Source: Barthelona sp. PCE
Taxonomy: Eukaryota
Length of the DNA stretch: 64,000 nt
NCBI GenBank assembly: GCA_040285745.1
Contig: JAUFOR010000008.1
Location: 620,001 to 684,000, forward strand
Direction of reading: 5' to 3'
Shown here piece after piece: positions 1 through 8,873 of this stretch. The notes below the pieces were generated by a model. It saw only the letters and a program-made list of their open reading frames with translations, did no database searches and was not told where the DNA came from. How positions within the stretch are numbered: the stretch's first letter is position 1; every line of letters starts with the position of its first letter. A program made the translations under genes and the position numbers.

Positions 1-1830
1 AGAACGCGCTCCAGTCCAAAAAACTTCGATCTCATACGTGTCAATGGTGCTCAGAACGATGTTGGAGCTGGTCTGGACGGTGAACTGAAGATCATGGTTG
101 ATTGTGGAGTAATCCAAGTCCAGCTCCTCTTCATATATTACCGAACCACCCTTGTAAAGAACAAACTTGGGGGTTAGATCGGTCCAGCGGGAAAGATCGG
201 GAACCTGTGACGACTGGTAGTTGATCTCAAGTGATGTGTTGACACCAACAGGAAGACTCGTGGTAGATAGTGATATGGGGGCAGGAACAACAAAGAACGT
301 AACAGAGGAGTTCTCCGCGGAATAATCAACAGGAACATTACCTGACCACCATGATACGGGAAGCTCGAAATCATACGTGGCAAATGTTGTTGTTGAAAAT
401 CGTTCAACAAGCACATCTCTTTCGAGTTTCAAACCAAGAACACACGTATCAAGGCCGCTGCACTGACCCGGCACATCAACATTGTCTAATGGGTTATCTT
501 TGCCAATCATGATTCTGGTGACAACTTGTATGGCTTCGTTTGTTGGGTCGGTGTAGGAAGGGAACTCGTTGCTTGTGAAATTACTAATTGTGACATCAAC
601 AGTAGCCTGGTAGCCGGGATCAGAGCCAATGTATTCCACGAGATATGGCGAAATACTCGTCACCTTTGGAAAACCGAAATTGGTGCTGGCATCGATGAAT
701 GTATAGAACTGGATACACTCGTAGAAGTCAGTACCCTCATAGCTAACGAAGAACGCATCAGGTTGAATATCATGAGGCCAATCTTGGTTGAAAAAGACAC
801 GAATCGAAAGATTGCTCTCGCCGTCATCGAAAATCTGTTCATAGCTGAAAAATCCTGTACTATGCTGGCTCAAATCGAGGCTATAGCGATTTGTAATCAT
901 GCTCTCATGATAAACACACATATGTACCCATCCCTCAACGTTACCCATGCAGATTTTGAGAGTTTCTTCATAGTATTCGAGGTCAGAATACTCAATTCCC
1001 TCCTCAGCAGAGATACGTAACTCAATTATATCAGGAAAGGATGCTTGTTGTATAAATATCTTTGAAGGAGATACTGAAGCAATCTTAACTAATTTTGTCT
1101 GTATACCACCACCCTCTACCATGGTGATTCCCTGATAATTAATGTCATACGTTGTTTTATACCATGGCGTGCCTTGATACTCCAGTGTCACAGGACCAGA
1201 ACTATCTGGTGATATTTGAATATTTTCTGTTGTAGTTACCCACCATCCCTTTTCATTAAGAAAATCCAATGAAGCATAGAAACTCATTGATTCATCATAA
1301 ATATATCCTAACATAGTTAGGCCTACATCATTTTCATTGGTATTTTCAATAAAGAATGCCAGTTTTTCTGCTACAGAATAAAAAATATTGTAGAAGCGAA
1401 GTGGAGATACCACAGGAAAAGCGTATGTAAAGATATCACTGAAAGGTACACCGCTGTTGGTTCCGTTTCTGATCTCAAGCGGAACATGATACAATACAGT
1501 TCCTGATCTTTTCGGTATGTAACAACGGAATAATAGTAAATCTCCAATTATTTCAGGATAAAAGCACGATAATTCCTCTAACTCTCCTCCTGCTGGTGAA
1601 TAAAAGACATTATATGATGTATCAATGTATTCCCATGATTGTTTTTGGATTGGTAGAGTGACTAGAGTAAGTTTGTTTGGATCCGGTGTAGGTACAGGAT
1701 ATTTGGGATCTGTAGACCATTGAAATGCTCCTTTAGTTAAGGAAAACACTACAAAAAGTAAAAAAAGCTTAATTCCCAAGTTTTTAAAAACTGAAATACC
1801 TGATTGCTTAAAATTTGTGCTTTCTCTCAT
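1..1830 (-). CDS. Large secreted/surface protein, beta-rich ectodomain; N-terminal 610 aa only, runs off the window
   Basis: Manually translated open frame from ATG at 1830 to position 1 with no stop (MRESTNFKQSGISVFKNLGIKLFLLFVVFSLTKGAFQW...). Hydrophobic signal peptide; PKVTSISP and IASVSPSKI motifs resemble IPT/TIG starts. Absent from the ORF track because it has no stop in the window. Confidence 0.8.
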   Translation of the reverse strand, partial: MRESTNFKQSGISVFKNLGIKLFLLFVVFSLTKGAFQWSTDPKYPVPTPDPNKLTLVTLPIQKQSWEYIDTSYNVFYSPAGGELEELSCFYPEIIGDLLLFRCYIPKRSGTVLYHVPLEIRNGTNSGVPFSDIFTYAFPVVSPLRFYNIFYSVAEKLAFFIENTNENDVGLTMLGYIYDESMSFYASLDFLNEKGWWVTTTENIQISPDSSGPVTLEYQGTPWYKTTYDINYQGITMVEGGGIQTKLVKIASVSPSKIFIQQASFPDIIELRISAEEGIEYSDLEYYEETLKICMGNVEGWVHMCVYHESMITNRYSLDLSQHSTGFFSYEQIFDDGESNLSIRVFFNQDWPHDIQPDAFFVSYEGTDFYECIQFYTFIDASTNFGFPKVTSISPYLVEYIGSDPGYQATVDVTISNFTSNEFPSYTDPTNEAIQVVTRIMIGKDNPLDNVDVPGQCSGLDTCVLGLKLERDVLVERFSTTTFATYDFELPVSWWSGNVPVDYSAENSSVTFFVVPAPISLSTTSLPVGVNTSLEINYQSSQVPDLSRWTDLTPKFVLYKGGSVIYEEELDLDYSTINHDLQFTVQTSSNIVLSTIDTYEIEVFWTGARS

Positions 1831-2296
1831 TCATGGGTTTTTTTAGTCTAAAATGAGCGTGTTAGAAGAAAAAAAAACACGTAATAGGATGAAATGAAAT
1901 ATCTCAAAGTAAAATAGTACACATTCTAAAGGTACATCATGAATATGACCGATGGTGTACATGATGCTTTAAAAATTGTCTTTAGAGAATGGGGATAAAG
2001 GTAAATATTTTCGCAACTTCTAGCCGTTATATTTTGGTCCTAAGGGAATTAAATAACTGAAATCACATTTAAATCCTCAACAAAGCCCATGGATCCCTTG
2101 TAAAATGAAACCCTCGCAAGGAAATGTCACAAATGCTAAATACCTAAGAAGAGAGATGATTATTATCTGCAGATATGCACCACTTATGAGCAAAATCACA
2201 TGGTATCATTAGAAATATATAAATAAAATAGTGAAAAGGAATCTTTAAAAATAATCTATTTTTTTTTATTAACAGCGGTGAAATACCAAATATTAT

Positions 2297-2991
2297 CTAT
2301 TCCTCTGCATCTTCATGCTTCAATAAAGATGACAGACCGTTGCTCAGGCTTAGTCCATCAAGAATAGTAGGATTCTCTTGAACTAATCTAGTGTATTCTT
2401 CAACATCAATCACACCATTGTTATCTGAATCTACTTTAGCAAAGGTGCTAGCCACAATTTCACGTAAAACATCTGTTGGTAGTTCAATTTGAGATGCTTG
2501 AAGTGTAGCATTAAGTACGGTAAAAAGTTCATCTTGATCGATGCATTTATCTCCATCAAAATCGTACAAAGAAAAGGAGAATGCAATTTTTTCAGAGAGA
2601 GTTGAGCCAGAAGAGAACACGGAGAGACCTTTAATAAACTCTCTAAAATCAATGGAACCATTATTGTCATGATCAAACACAACAAACATTCTGTGGGCTA
2701 ACAAGTCGTTGGAAAAGTTCAGCACGGATTTGAACTGCTCCTCTGTAATATAATCATCATCATTTTCTGCTCTAGCACGTTGGAAAGCATCAAAAAGCAA
2801 CTTAACGTCGTCCAAATGCACTAAATGTTAGTTTCACTCACAAAAACTTCAACTGTAAACTGAAAGAGTATGTTGTTTTAATCGTCAAACACTTTCAAAA
2901 ATTACGTGTCAAAAATGGACAAACTTTCTTGATCTGCTGCGAATTGCTCTAAATCGCTGGTTGTTGTTAGCTTAGAAGACTTTTGCCCCAT
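2297..2991 (-). CDS. Calcineurin B / CBL-like EF-hand calcium sensor; join(2925..2991,2297..2820)
   Basis: EF hands DHDNNGSIDFREF, DFDGDKCIDQDEL, DSDNNGVIDVEEY; spliced N-terminus MGQKSSKL is a myristoylation motif. Confidence 0.85.
2821..2924 (-). other. Spliceosomal intron, 104 nt, phase 1
   Basis: GTTTGT...ACTAACATTTAG; removal joins the MG start exon in frame with the EF-hand ORF. Confidence 0.75.
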
Positions 2992-3157
2992 AAATATTTC
3001 GCTTAAAGCTTTAGAGAAACGGAAAAAAAGAATAAGTATGAGAAATATTTTCTGCTGGTAAATAATATAAATTTTTAAACTGTAGATATGATTAATTAAG
3101 AGTATATCTTGTGCAAAAATATCTAAAAAAGAAGGAGCTATAAAATTTATTTTTTTT

Positions 3158-4879
3158 TTAGCACTTGAGTCCCTGCCTGTGCCATGTGGGACAGCGTTCG
3201 TTCATGTGGTTGTAAGGTGCGATGCTGTTGTGATTGGGGAGGGGGAAAATGAATTCTCCCTTTGTCTGACACACGCCAGAACCATCGTTACCACAACGTA
3301 CATCACCCCAGAAGTGGTTAGTCTTCCAGATCTTCATCTCAAAGAGATCTCTAGGGGTTGCCTCGGTGTACAATATATCCAAATCACCAAAGACACCACC
3401 ACTCTTAAAAAGAGCTGTAACCAAACCACTGCAAACCATAACAGGGCCAGTTGTATAAGGGTAATCCTCAGGTTCAATGATGGCCATAATCTCTGCAAGG
3501 GTTTTGCCCTGATTCTCAATCTCAGTAAAGGTACGATCAAGGGAAGTGTCAAGAGGGAGCCCAGTACGCCAGGCAAGACCCTCCTTGAGGAGCATGTCGA
3601 TGACCTTGGGCTTGACCTTATGTGCCATTCTGAAAACAAAACCAAAGAGCTCAGCAGAAAGTCCACCGGGTAAGTTACCAATACCGGATGGTAAGTCCAA
3701 AAACGTAAAAGCAATGTTCGAGTATCCGTAATACTTGGTCTCATGGGCGTTGTAGAAAGCTTGTGCCTTGTCGAGGTTATCAAGATAAGTCATGTGAAGA
3801 TCAGATCTCAAACGGGACATTGCAATATGACGGCTGCGATCCTGCTTACCAAGGAAATCCTTGTACGTGGTCTTTACGATACCGACAAGGTGAGGCTCAT
3901 CGCTGAAGGGTACATCGTCCACGGATTCGTAGATCCAGAGCTGCTTACCCTTTGTGTTCTCAATTACATTACCGTTGGCATCGATAGTGTATGCTGGACC
4001 ATCTGTTTCACCGACCCACATAGCAGTGGCAACGTGTCCGATAAGAGAGTTTGTACCAGAAGAAATAATGCTATCAACACCATCGTCAAGAGAAAACATG
4101 AAGAAAGTGTCACCACTCATTACCTTTGAGGGATCCAACTCGAAATCAGGCTGAGGTCTCTTCTCGAGATTAATACCGAGATCATGCTTGATGAATTGAA
4201 GAACGTGTTCCTCTTTTGCATTACCCATAAACATCGTTGCAAGATTCCACAATGAAGAGAGAGTCTCGACGAAGTTCTCGTTGGATGCAAAGATGACCAG
4301 GCCGTTCTGCTTAATGTACTTCATCTCACCTGTTGTAAGCTTCTTAATGGTCAAAGTGTGAGTACCGTGGAGGAAATCCCACTGTGTAAACCAGTCTGTT
4401 AGGGTGAGGAATAAAAAGGTTTCAGAGCAACTCTTGCCCTTGGGTCCAGTCATACGAAGAGTGATCTTCGCGGATCTGTCCTTTTCATGCAAAACGATAC
4501 CTGCCTTGATTGTCTTGAAGCATTTGCCCTCTGCAAGCTGATATCTCTTTCCGTCGGGCTTAATCTTGCCCATGAAGCGAGGAAGAGCAGCAAGGGGACC
4601 TGCATTAGCCTTGCAAGCCTCAGGACCAAGTGAACAAACACGATTCTGCATCGCTTCTGTTGTGTAGTAAGGATTTTTGTCTTTAAAGACGACGCTCTCT
4701 GCACCTCTTCGATATGTCATCAAGAACGATGAAGGATCTTGCACGAAACCCTGTTGAATAAGCTGAGCAGCTTCTGCATTTAAAGGAATCATGTTGGCAG
4801 CAACGCAGCCTAAGATACAAGCTAACACGAAGACGCCGACGACGATCACGTCGCGCATACCAAAATAACTCATAAGCAT
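3158..4879 (-). CDS. Secreted protein with a probable permuted papain-like (NlpC/P60, YiiX/YaeF-type) domain
   Basis: 573-aa ORF with signal peptide; GD..GHVA precedes MVCSGLV and TPRDL, the His-before-Cys order of permuted papain-like enzymes. Confidence 0.55.
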   Translation of the reverse strand: MLMSYFGMRDVIVVGVFVLACILGCVAANMIPLNAEAAQLIQQGFVQDPSSFLMTYRRGAESVVFKDKNPYYTTEAMQNRVCSLGPEACKANAGPLAALPRFMGKIKPDGKRYQLAEGKCFKTIKAGIVLHEKDRSAKITLRMTGPKGKSCSETFLFLTLTDWFTQWDFLHGTHTLTIKKLTTGEMKYIKQNGLVIFASNENFVETLSSLWNLATMFMGNAKEEHVLQFIKHDLGINLEKRPQPDFELDPSKVMSGDTFFMFSLDDGVDSIISSGTNSLIGHVATAMWVGETDGPAYTIDANGNVIENTKGKQLWIYESVDDVPFSDEPHLVGIVKTTYKDFLGKQDRSRHIAMSRLRSDLHMTYLDNLDKAQAFYNAHETKYYGYSNIAFTFLDLPSGIGNLPGGLSAELFGFVFRMAHKVKPKVIDMLLKEGLAWRTGLPLDTSLDRTFTEIENQGKTLAEIMAIIEPEDYPYTTGPVMVCSGLVTALFKSGGVFGDLDILYTEATPRDLFEMKIWKTNHFWGDVRCGNDGSGVCQTKGEFIFPLPNHNSIAPYNHMNERCPTWHRQGLKC

Positions 4880-5061
4880 TTTTGGATAGAAGTAGAAAAT
4901 GAATTAGCAAGATGTTTACGCTGTGTGTCAGGTTGGGTTACCTTACATTATGCGTTTAACGCTACACCACGAAGCCCAAAGGACGATATTGGTCATTTTT
5001 GTGACAAAACTTTTCAAACCCTTATTCATGGGGCTTTCTGTATAATTTTGATGTTTTACAT

Positions 5062-6513
5062 ATGAGAAGAGACTCGAACAAGCGAAATAAGGCAGTGGAA
5101 ATTTCTAATTTCAACGACATTTCGGAGGAGCAAAAGCAAGCGTTTATCAACAAAACCAAATATAAGCTCAGAGAGAAGAAGAGGAACAGGTCGCTCAAAC
5201 CTTCAATGGACCTAAAGAAACTCATGAAACTCAGCGAAGAGAGAAGAACGCAAACAGCTTTGGGTCATTCTCTCAGTTCAATTGTACATTTGCAGTATGA
5301 CACGCACATAGACGACGTTATTGCAGCCGAGGAGAGCTTATCATATAAAAATAAGACTACTCGGAAGAACGGTAAAGTCACTAATATCAACCTTGACGTA
5401 GTTGACAATATTCCAACGGGCCGTACCCTTAAGCAGGCCGAACCTGATATTCGGGACATATTTCAGATCATCAAACCTGCGAATTCGTTGCAGCCAGAGG
5501 ATATTGGTATAGTACCAGTATTGGTTGACGAGCCAGAGGATTTTGAGTTACCAACCTTGTCGGACCATGACAGTATCGATGAGTTCGAAGTGTTGGAAGA
5601 TGAGACAGACGAGCAAGAGGATGAAACGGAGGAGTCTGAAGAGGAGTCTGCTTCAGAGGTTGAGCAGGATGAGGAACCACAGACCGTATTTGAGAAGTCA
5701 GTTGCCGTCATAAACGATACACGTAGGGCTGTGCATAGGCACAAGCGATTCACACCCATCTCTGTATCTCTGCGGAGAAAGATGGAGAACCAGCGTGAGA
5801 AAAGGTTTATGGAACCCGAATTGCGGAAAATGAGGGGATTGCACAATAGGTTTTATCAGCGCTCCAGCGTGTACACAACAGATCTTTTTGGGCTGAAACC
5901 GCACGAGGCGCGTCAGTTGGCGCGATATCGTCTTGCAATTAAGGAAACAGAAATGCGTTTGGACGATACTCTCAACGATCTAAAGGTAAAGGTTGATAAG
6001 CAGCTTGCGGCACGTGATCTGAGGACAGAGGGGCTACATCTGACGAGTAGTTTTGCACCAGAGAAGGAGATAGCAGTGAACAAAGAGTTGGGAACAGCGG
6101 TTGTTAGCGATGATGAGTTTATTGCGCTCAGCGGTGAAAGCAGGAGTACCACTCCGGAGTGCGTATCACCCTTACTGTTCCACCACTCTCGAGGTCAGCT
6201 GTCGTCGATTGTCATCCCACCGAAAGCGAAAACCTCGCTTGGATTCAACGAAGATACAGAAATCAGGTTACCTGAGATCTCTGATTCCAGCAAGACAACA
6301 CAGTCTTCCGAGCACATTGAGCGAATTAGAGCACAATCTGTGATGGACAAGCCTAAACCCAAAGAGGAAACTTATTTGTTTTACAAGGCTGCTATTGGGA
6401 ATGCCAAATCCCAGAAAAGGCACCACTGGCTCTCAGCAACACAGCGCAAGAAAGGTACACACAAACCCCCATTTAAAGCAATTATTGGTAAGGCACGTGT
6501 TGTTGTTGGCTAG
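5062..6513 (+). CDS. Hypothetical protein with acidic tract and basic regions
   Basis: 483-aa ORF; no recognisable domain. Confidence 0.7.
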   Translation: MRRDSNKRNKAVEISNFNDISEEQKQAFINKTKYKLREKKRNRSLKPSMDLKKLMKLSEERRTQTALGHSLSSIVHLQYDTHIDDVIAAEESLSYKNKTTRKNGKVTNINLDVVDNIPTGRTLKQAEPDIRDIFQIIKPANSLQPEDIGIVPVLVDEPEDFELPTLSDHDSIDEFEVLEDETDEQEDETEESEEESASEVEQDEEPQTVFEKSVAVINDTRRAVHRHKRFTPISVSLRRKMENQREKRFMEPELRKMRGLHNRFYQRSSVYTTDLFGLKPHEARQLARYRLAIKETEMRLDDTLNDLKVKVDKQLAARDLRTEGLHLTSSFAPEKEIAVNKELGTAVVSDDEFIALSGESRSTTPECVSPLLFHHSRGQLSSIVIPPKAKTSLGFNEDTEIRLPEISDSSKTTQSSEHIERIRAQSVMDKPKPKEETYLFYKAAIGNAKSQKRHHWLSATQRKKGTHKPPFKAIIGKARVVVG

Positions 6514-8273
6514 GTATCTAATTCGCACATGTAGCTTTGACCCTCAGATGCGTGTATAAAGAATCTATTGCCTTCAAACTCTATGTAATTAATTTTTTTT
6601 GGTATTTCGGTAATGGTTGTGATTTTTTTTTTTGAGAAAAGATCGTACACATGAACACATTCTTCACATGCAGAGTAAAAACCAATCTTTGTTCTATCGG
6701 GTGACACGGCAATATAATCGTCAATCTCCTCCTTATGATCGTAAATCCATTCAAGCGCATGTACCATATCAACACAGCCTGATATACGTTTGAATGTGTT
6801 ACCTCGGTGCAGGATATGCGTGTGGCCGTCTACTGTGCCAGCTATGATCCAGTCATCTGAGGCAAAAACACCGGCTAAAGCGCAGCCTAAATCAGCAATT
6901 GGCTCAAAAGTCATTGTCTTCAGTGATAAGCAGCGTAGATGCCCCGGGTTTGCGTTATAAACTATGGTATTGGCGTCTAGAAAACAGGCGGTGTTGATCG
7001 TATCGAGATCTGGAAGAACACTTGTGTTGTCCGTCTCAAGATCTATGATTGTGGAAGAACCAGTTGAGAGAGCTAGAAGCGCATTACCGTGAGCAAACAT
7101 AGAGTGTATTGACTTGCTGTAACCAAAATTATACTCCTTCAGTAACTCTTCTGAATTGAACAAGCGTACTGTACCGTCAGCAAAACCTACTGCAAAATGG
7201 CCTCTTCCCGTTACTGTTACAGACGTAGCACCCATTGGTATGTCAAAGGAGTCTCTCTCAGATACAAGTCTGTCAAAAGCGAGGATATGAACAATACGTC
7301 CATCAATAACAGACGCATATGCAGCGTTCTTCGGCTGGTTCTGCTGCAATGTATAGGCGTACCCAGCCTCTTTGTCGTATAAATTGACGGTATGATCCAA
7401 GCCACCGCATACGTAAAATTGATTACATGGGGAGGTTGTTACATTGAAGTTAACAGCATAAGGCGTCGGAGCTCGCATCTCGCTTACCAATTCCCCGTCT
7501 TGGGTGTGTAACAGGAGTCTTGGTCCATCAGGGATCACAGAAAGTTCACCTTCTGAAAAAACTCTTTTCTTGTTGGGTTTGTGATATTCGGTGTATTCTT
7601 CTGTTGATATATTGTATCTTCTCCGCCCTTCACCATGTACATACACGACAACATCTTCATTCTCCCATCGTGAAGCACCGACCGGTGTGTCAAACGTAGC
7701 TATTATCTCTCCACTCTTTATATTGATAATTGTAATTCTTTGTTTACGTGGAAAGACATCCTCTTCAAGAGCGGTACGGTAGAGAAACATGGTTTGAGTC
7801 GTCGCACTGCCCAAAAAAGAATTATAGTGCTCTTTCAGGTAAGTGTCTTCTCCAGTAGTGCAATCCATTCCAATAATCTTGAAATACCTCTTCTTTTTGT
7901 GGATATACACCAAGCTTTCGGTAGTGGGGTCAAAGCCAAAGTTCCAAAGCTTGATGGCTGAAATCCTTAAAATCATTAATTCCTTGACTTGTTGTGAAAT
8001 GCCGATAATTTTCATTGAACCGAACATAGTCACAATGATAAACGCGCCCACCACTTGGAACTTAACATTCTGTCCTGCATATGATAGCGCAGGTAAAGCC
8101 CTTTCAATAAATGAATCGTATATCCTGATGGATTTGTCCGTTGCAGAAATAATAAGCCCATTTTCAGCACCGCTTGTTGAATTGGCGACTGTTGCAATAC
8201 GTGTTATCCGTGATTTAGTGTTAAAGCCTCTACATGGTTCGTCGAGAGCAGCCAATTCTTGTTTTGGATCCAT
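6510..8273 (-). CDS. WD40/beta-propeller protein
   Basis: 587-aa ORF with repeats ISATDKSIRIYD, CGGLDHTVNLYD, VGFADGTVRLFN, AGTVDGHTHIL. Confidence 0.75.
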   Translation of the reverse strand: MDPKQELAALDEPCRGFNTKSRITRIATVANSTSGAENGLIISATDKSIRIYDSFIERALPALSYAGQNVKFQVVGAFIIVTMFGSMKIIGISQQVKELMILRISAIKLWNFGFDPTTESLVYIHKKKRYFKIIGMDCTTGEDTYLKEHYNSFLGSATTQTMFLYRTALEEDVFPRKQRITIINIKSGEIIATFDTPVGASRWENEDVVVYVHGEGRRRYNISTEEYTEYHKPNKKRVFSEGELSVIPDGPRLLLHTQDGELVSEMRAPTPYAVNFNVTTSPCNQFYVCGGLDHTVNLYDKEAGYAYTLQQNQPKNAAYASVIDGRIVHILAFDRLVSERDSFDIPMGATSVTVTGRGHFAVGFADGTVRLFNSEELLKEYNFGYSKSIHSMFAHGNALLALSTGSSTIIDLETDNTSVLPDLDTINTACFLDANTIVYNANPGHLRCLSLKTMTFEPIADLGCALAGVFASDDWIIAGTVDGHTHILHRGNTFKRISGCVDMVHALEWIYDHKEEIDDYIAVSPDRTKIGFYSACEECVHVYDLFSKKKITTITEIPKKINYIEFEGNRFFIHASEGQSYMCELDT

Positions 8274-8490
8274 TTTTCGTTGTTTGTGGTTCTTAAGGAC
8301 TCAAACTCGGTTTTGTTAAACAACAAAAGGGTTAGGCTTAGAAAAGCGATTACAATATTGATGGAACTCACAAAATATCTTACACGAAAAATGCACTGCA
8401 CTTTAACACTTGCAACACCAACACAGGCTCTATTATGGAATTCTTTACACAACAACAACAAAAAAAATATATTACGAATAAAAGGTTTTG

Positions 8491-8559
8491 AAATTCAACT
8501 CAGATAACGATTTCATCAAAAATCAGATATATGCTTGTCGTTAAGTCATCAGAGAATTT
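8491..8559 (-). ncRNA. Box C/D snoRNA, snR74/SNORD27-like guide for SSU rRNA Am27/28
   Basis: Minus strand reads AAATTC-TC-TGATGA(C)-CTTAACGACAAGCATATAT-CTGA(D')-TTTT-TGATGA(C')-AATCGTTAT-CTGA(D)-GTT-GAATTT, with a 6-bp terminal stem. Guide GACAAGCAUAU is antisense to the conserved SSU 5' AUAUGCUUGUC, and the D'+5 rule selects the A before UGCUUGUC. Confidence 0.9.
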
Positions 8560-8873
8560 AAAAATTATGAAGAATAAGGTATAAAACCATAAAATGGAGT
8601 TCTATGACATTACACAAACAGTCTAACCATTCAAGCACACTTAAATTCGTAGTTAATGGACAGGTGTAGCATATTTAAGTTCTAAAAAAGCTGTTCTTCT
8701 TTTTTTTTTGCAATCTCTTTTTTGGTTCAAGTTCAGACTACAAATGCAGTAAAAAAGGATCGAAAAATATTTTATTGCCACGTCAACGAACTACTTTGCC
8801 CACATAATTAACTAGATAAATATCAAAAATTAATTCTTTATTCTTCGTGTATTATAATGAGATATTTAAATTC

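Noticed and set aside
8329-8341. GGGTTAGGCTTAG telomere-like sequence
   Set aside because: Only two imperfect units; better explained as the CCCTTTT upstream element of the WD40 gene on the minus strand.
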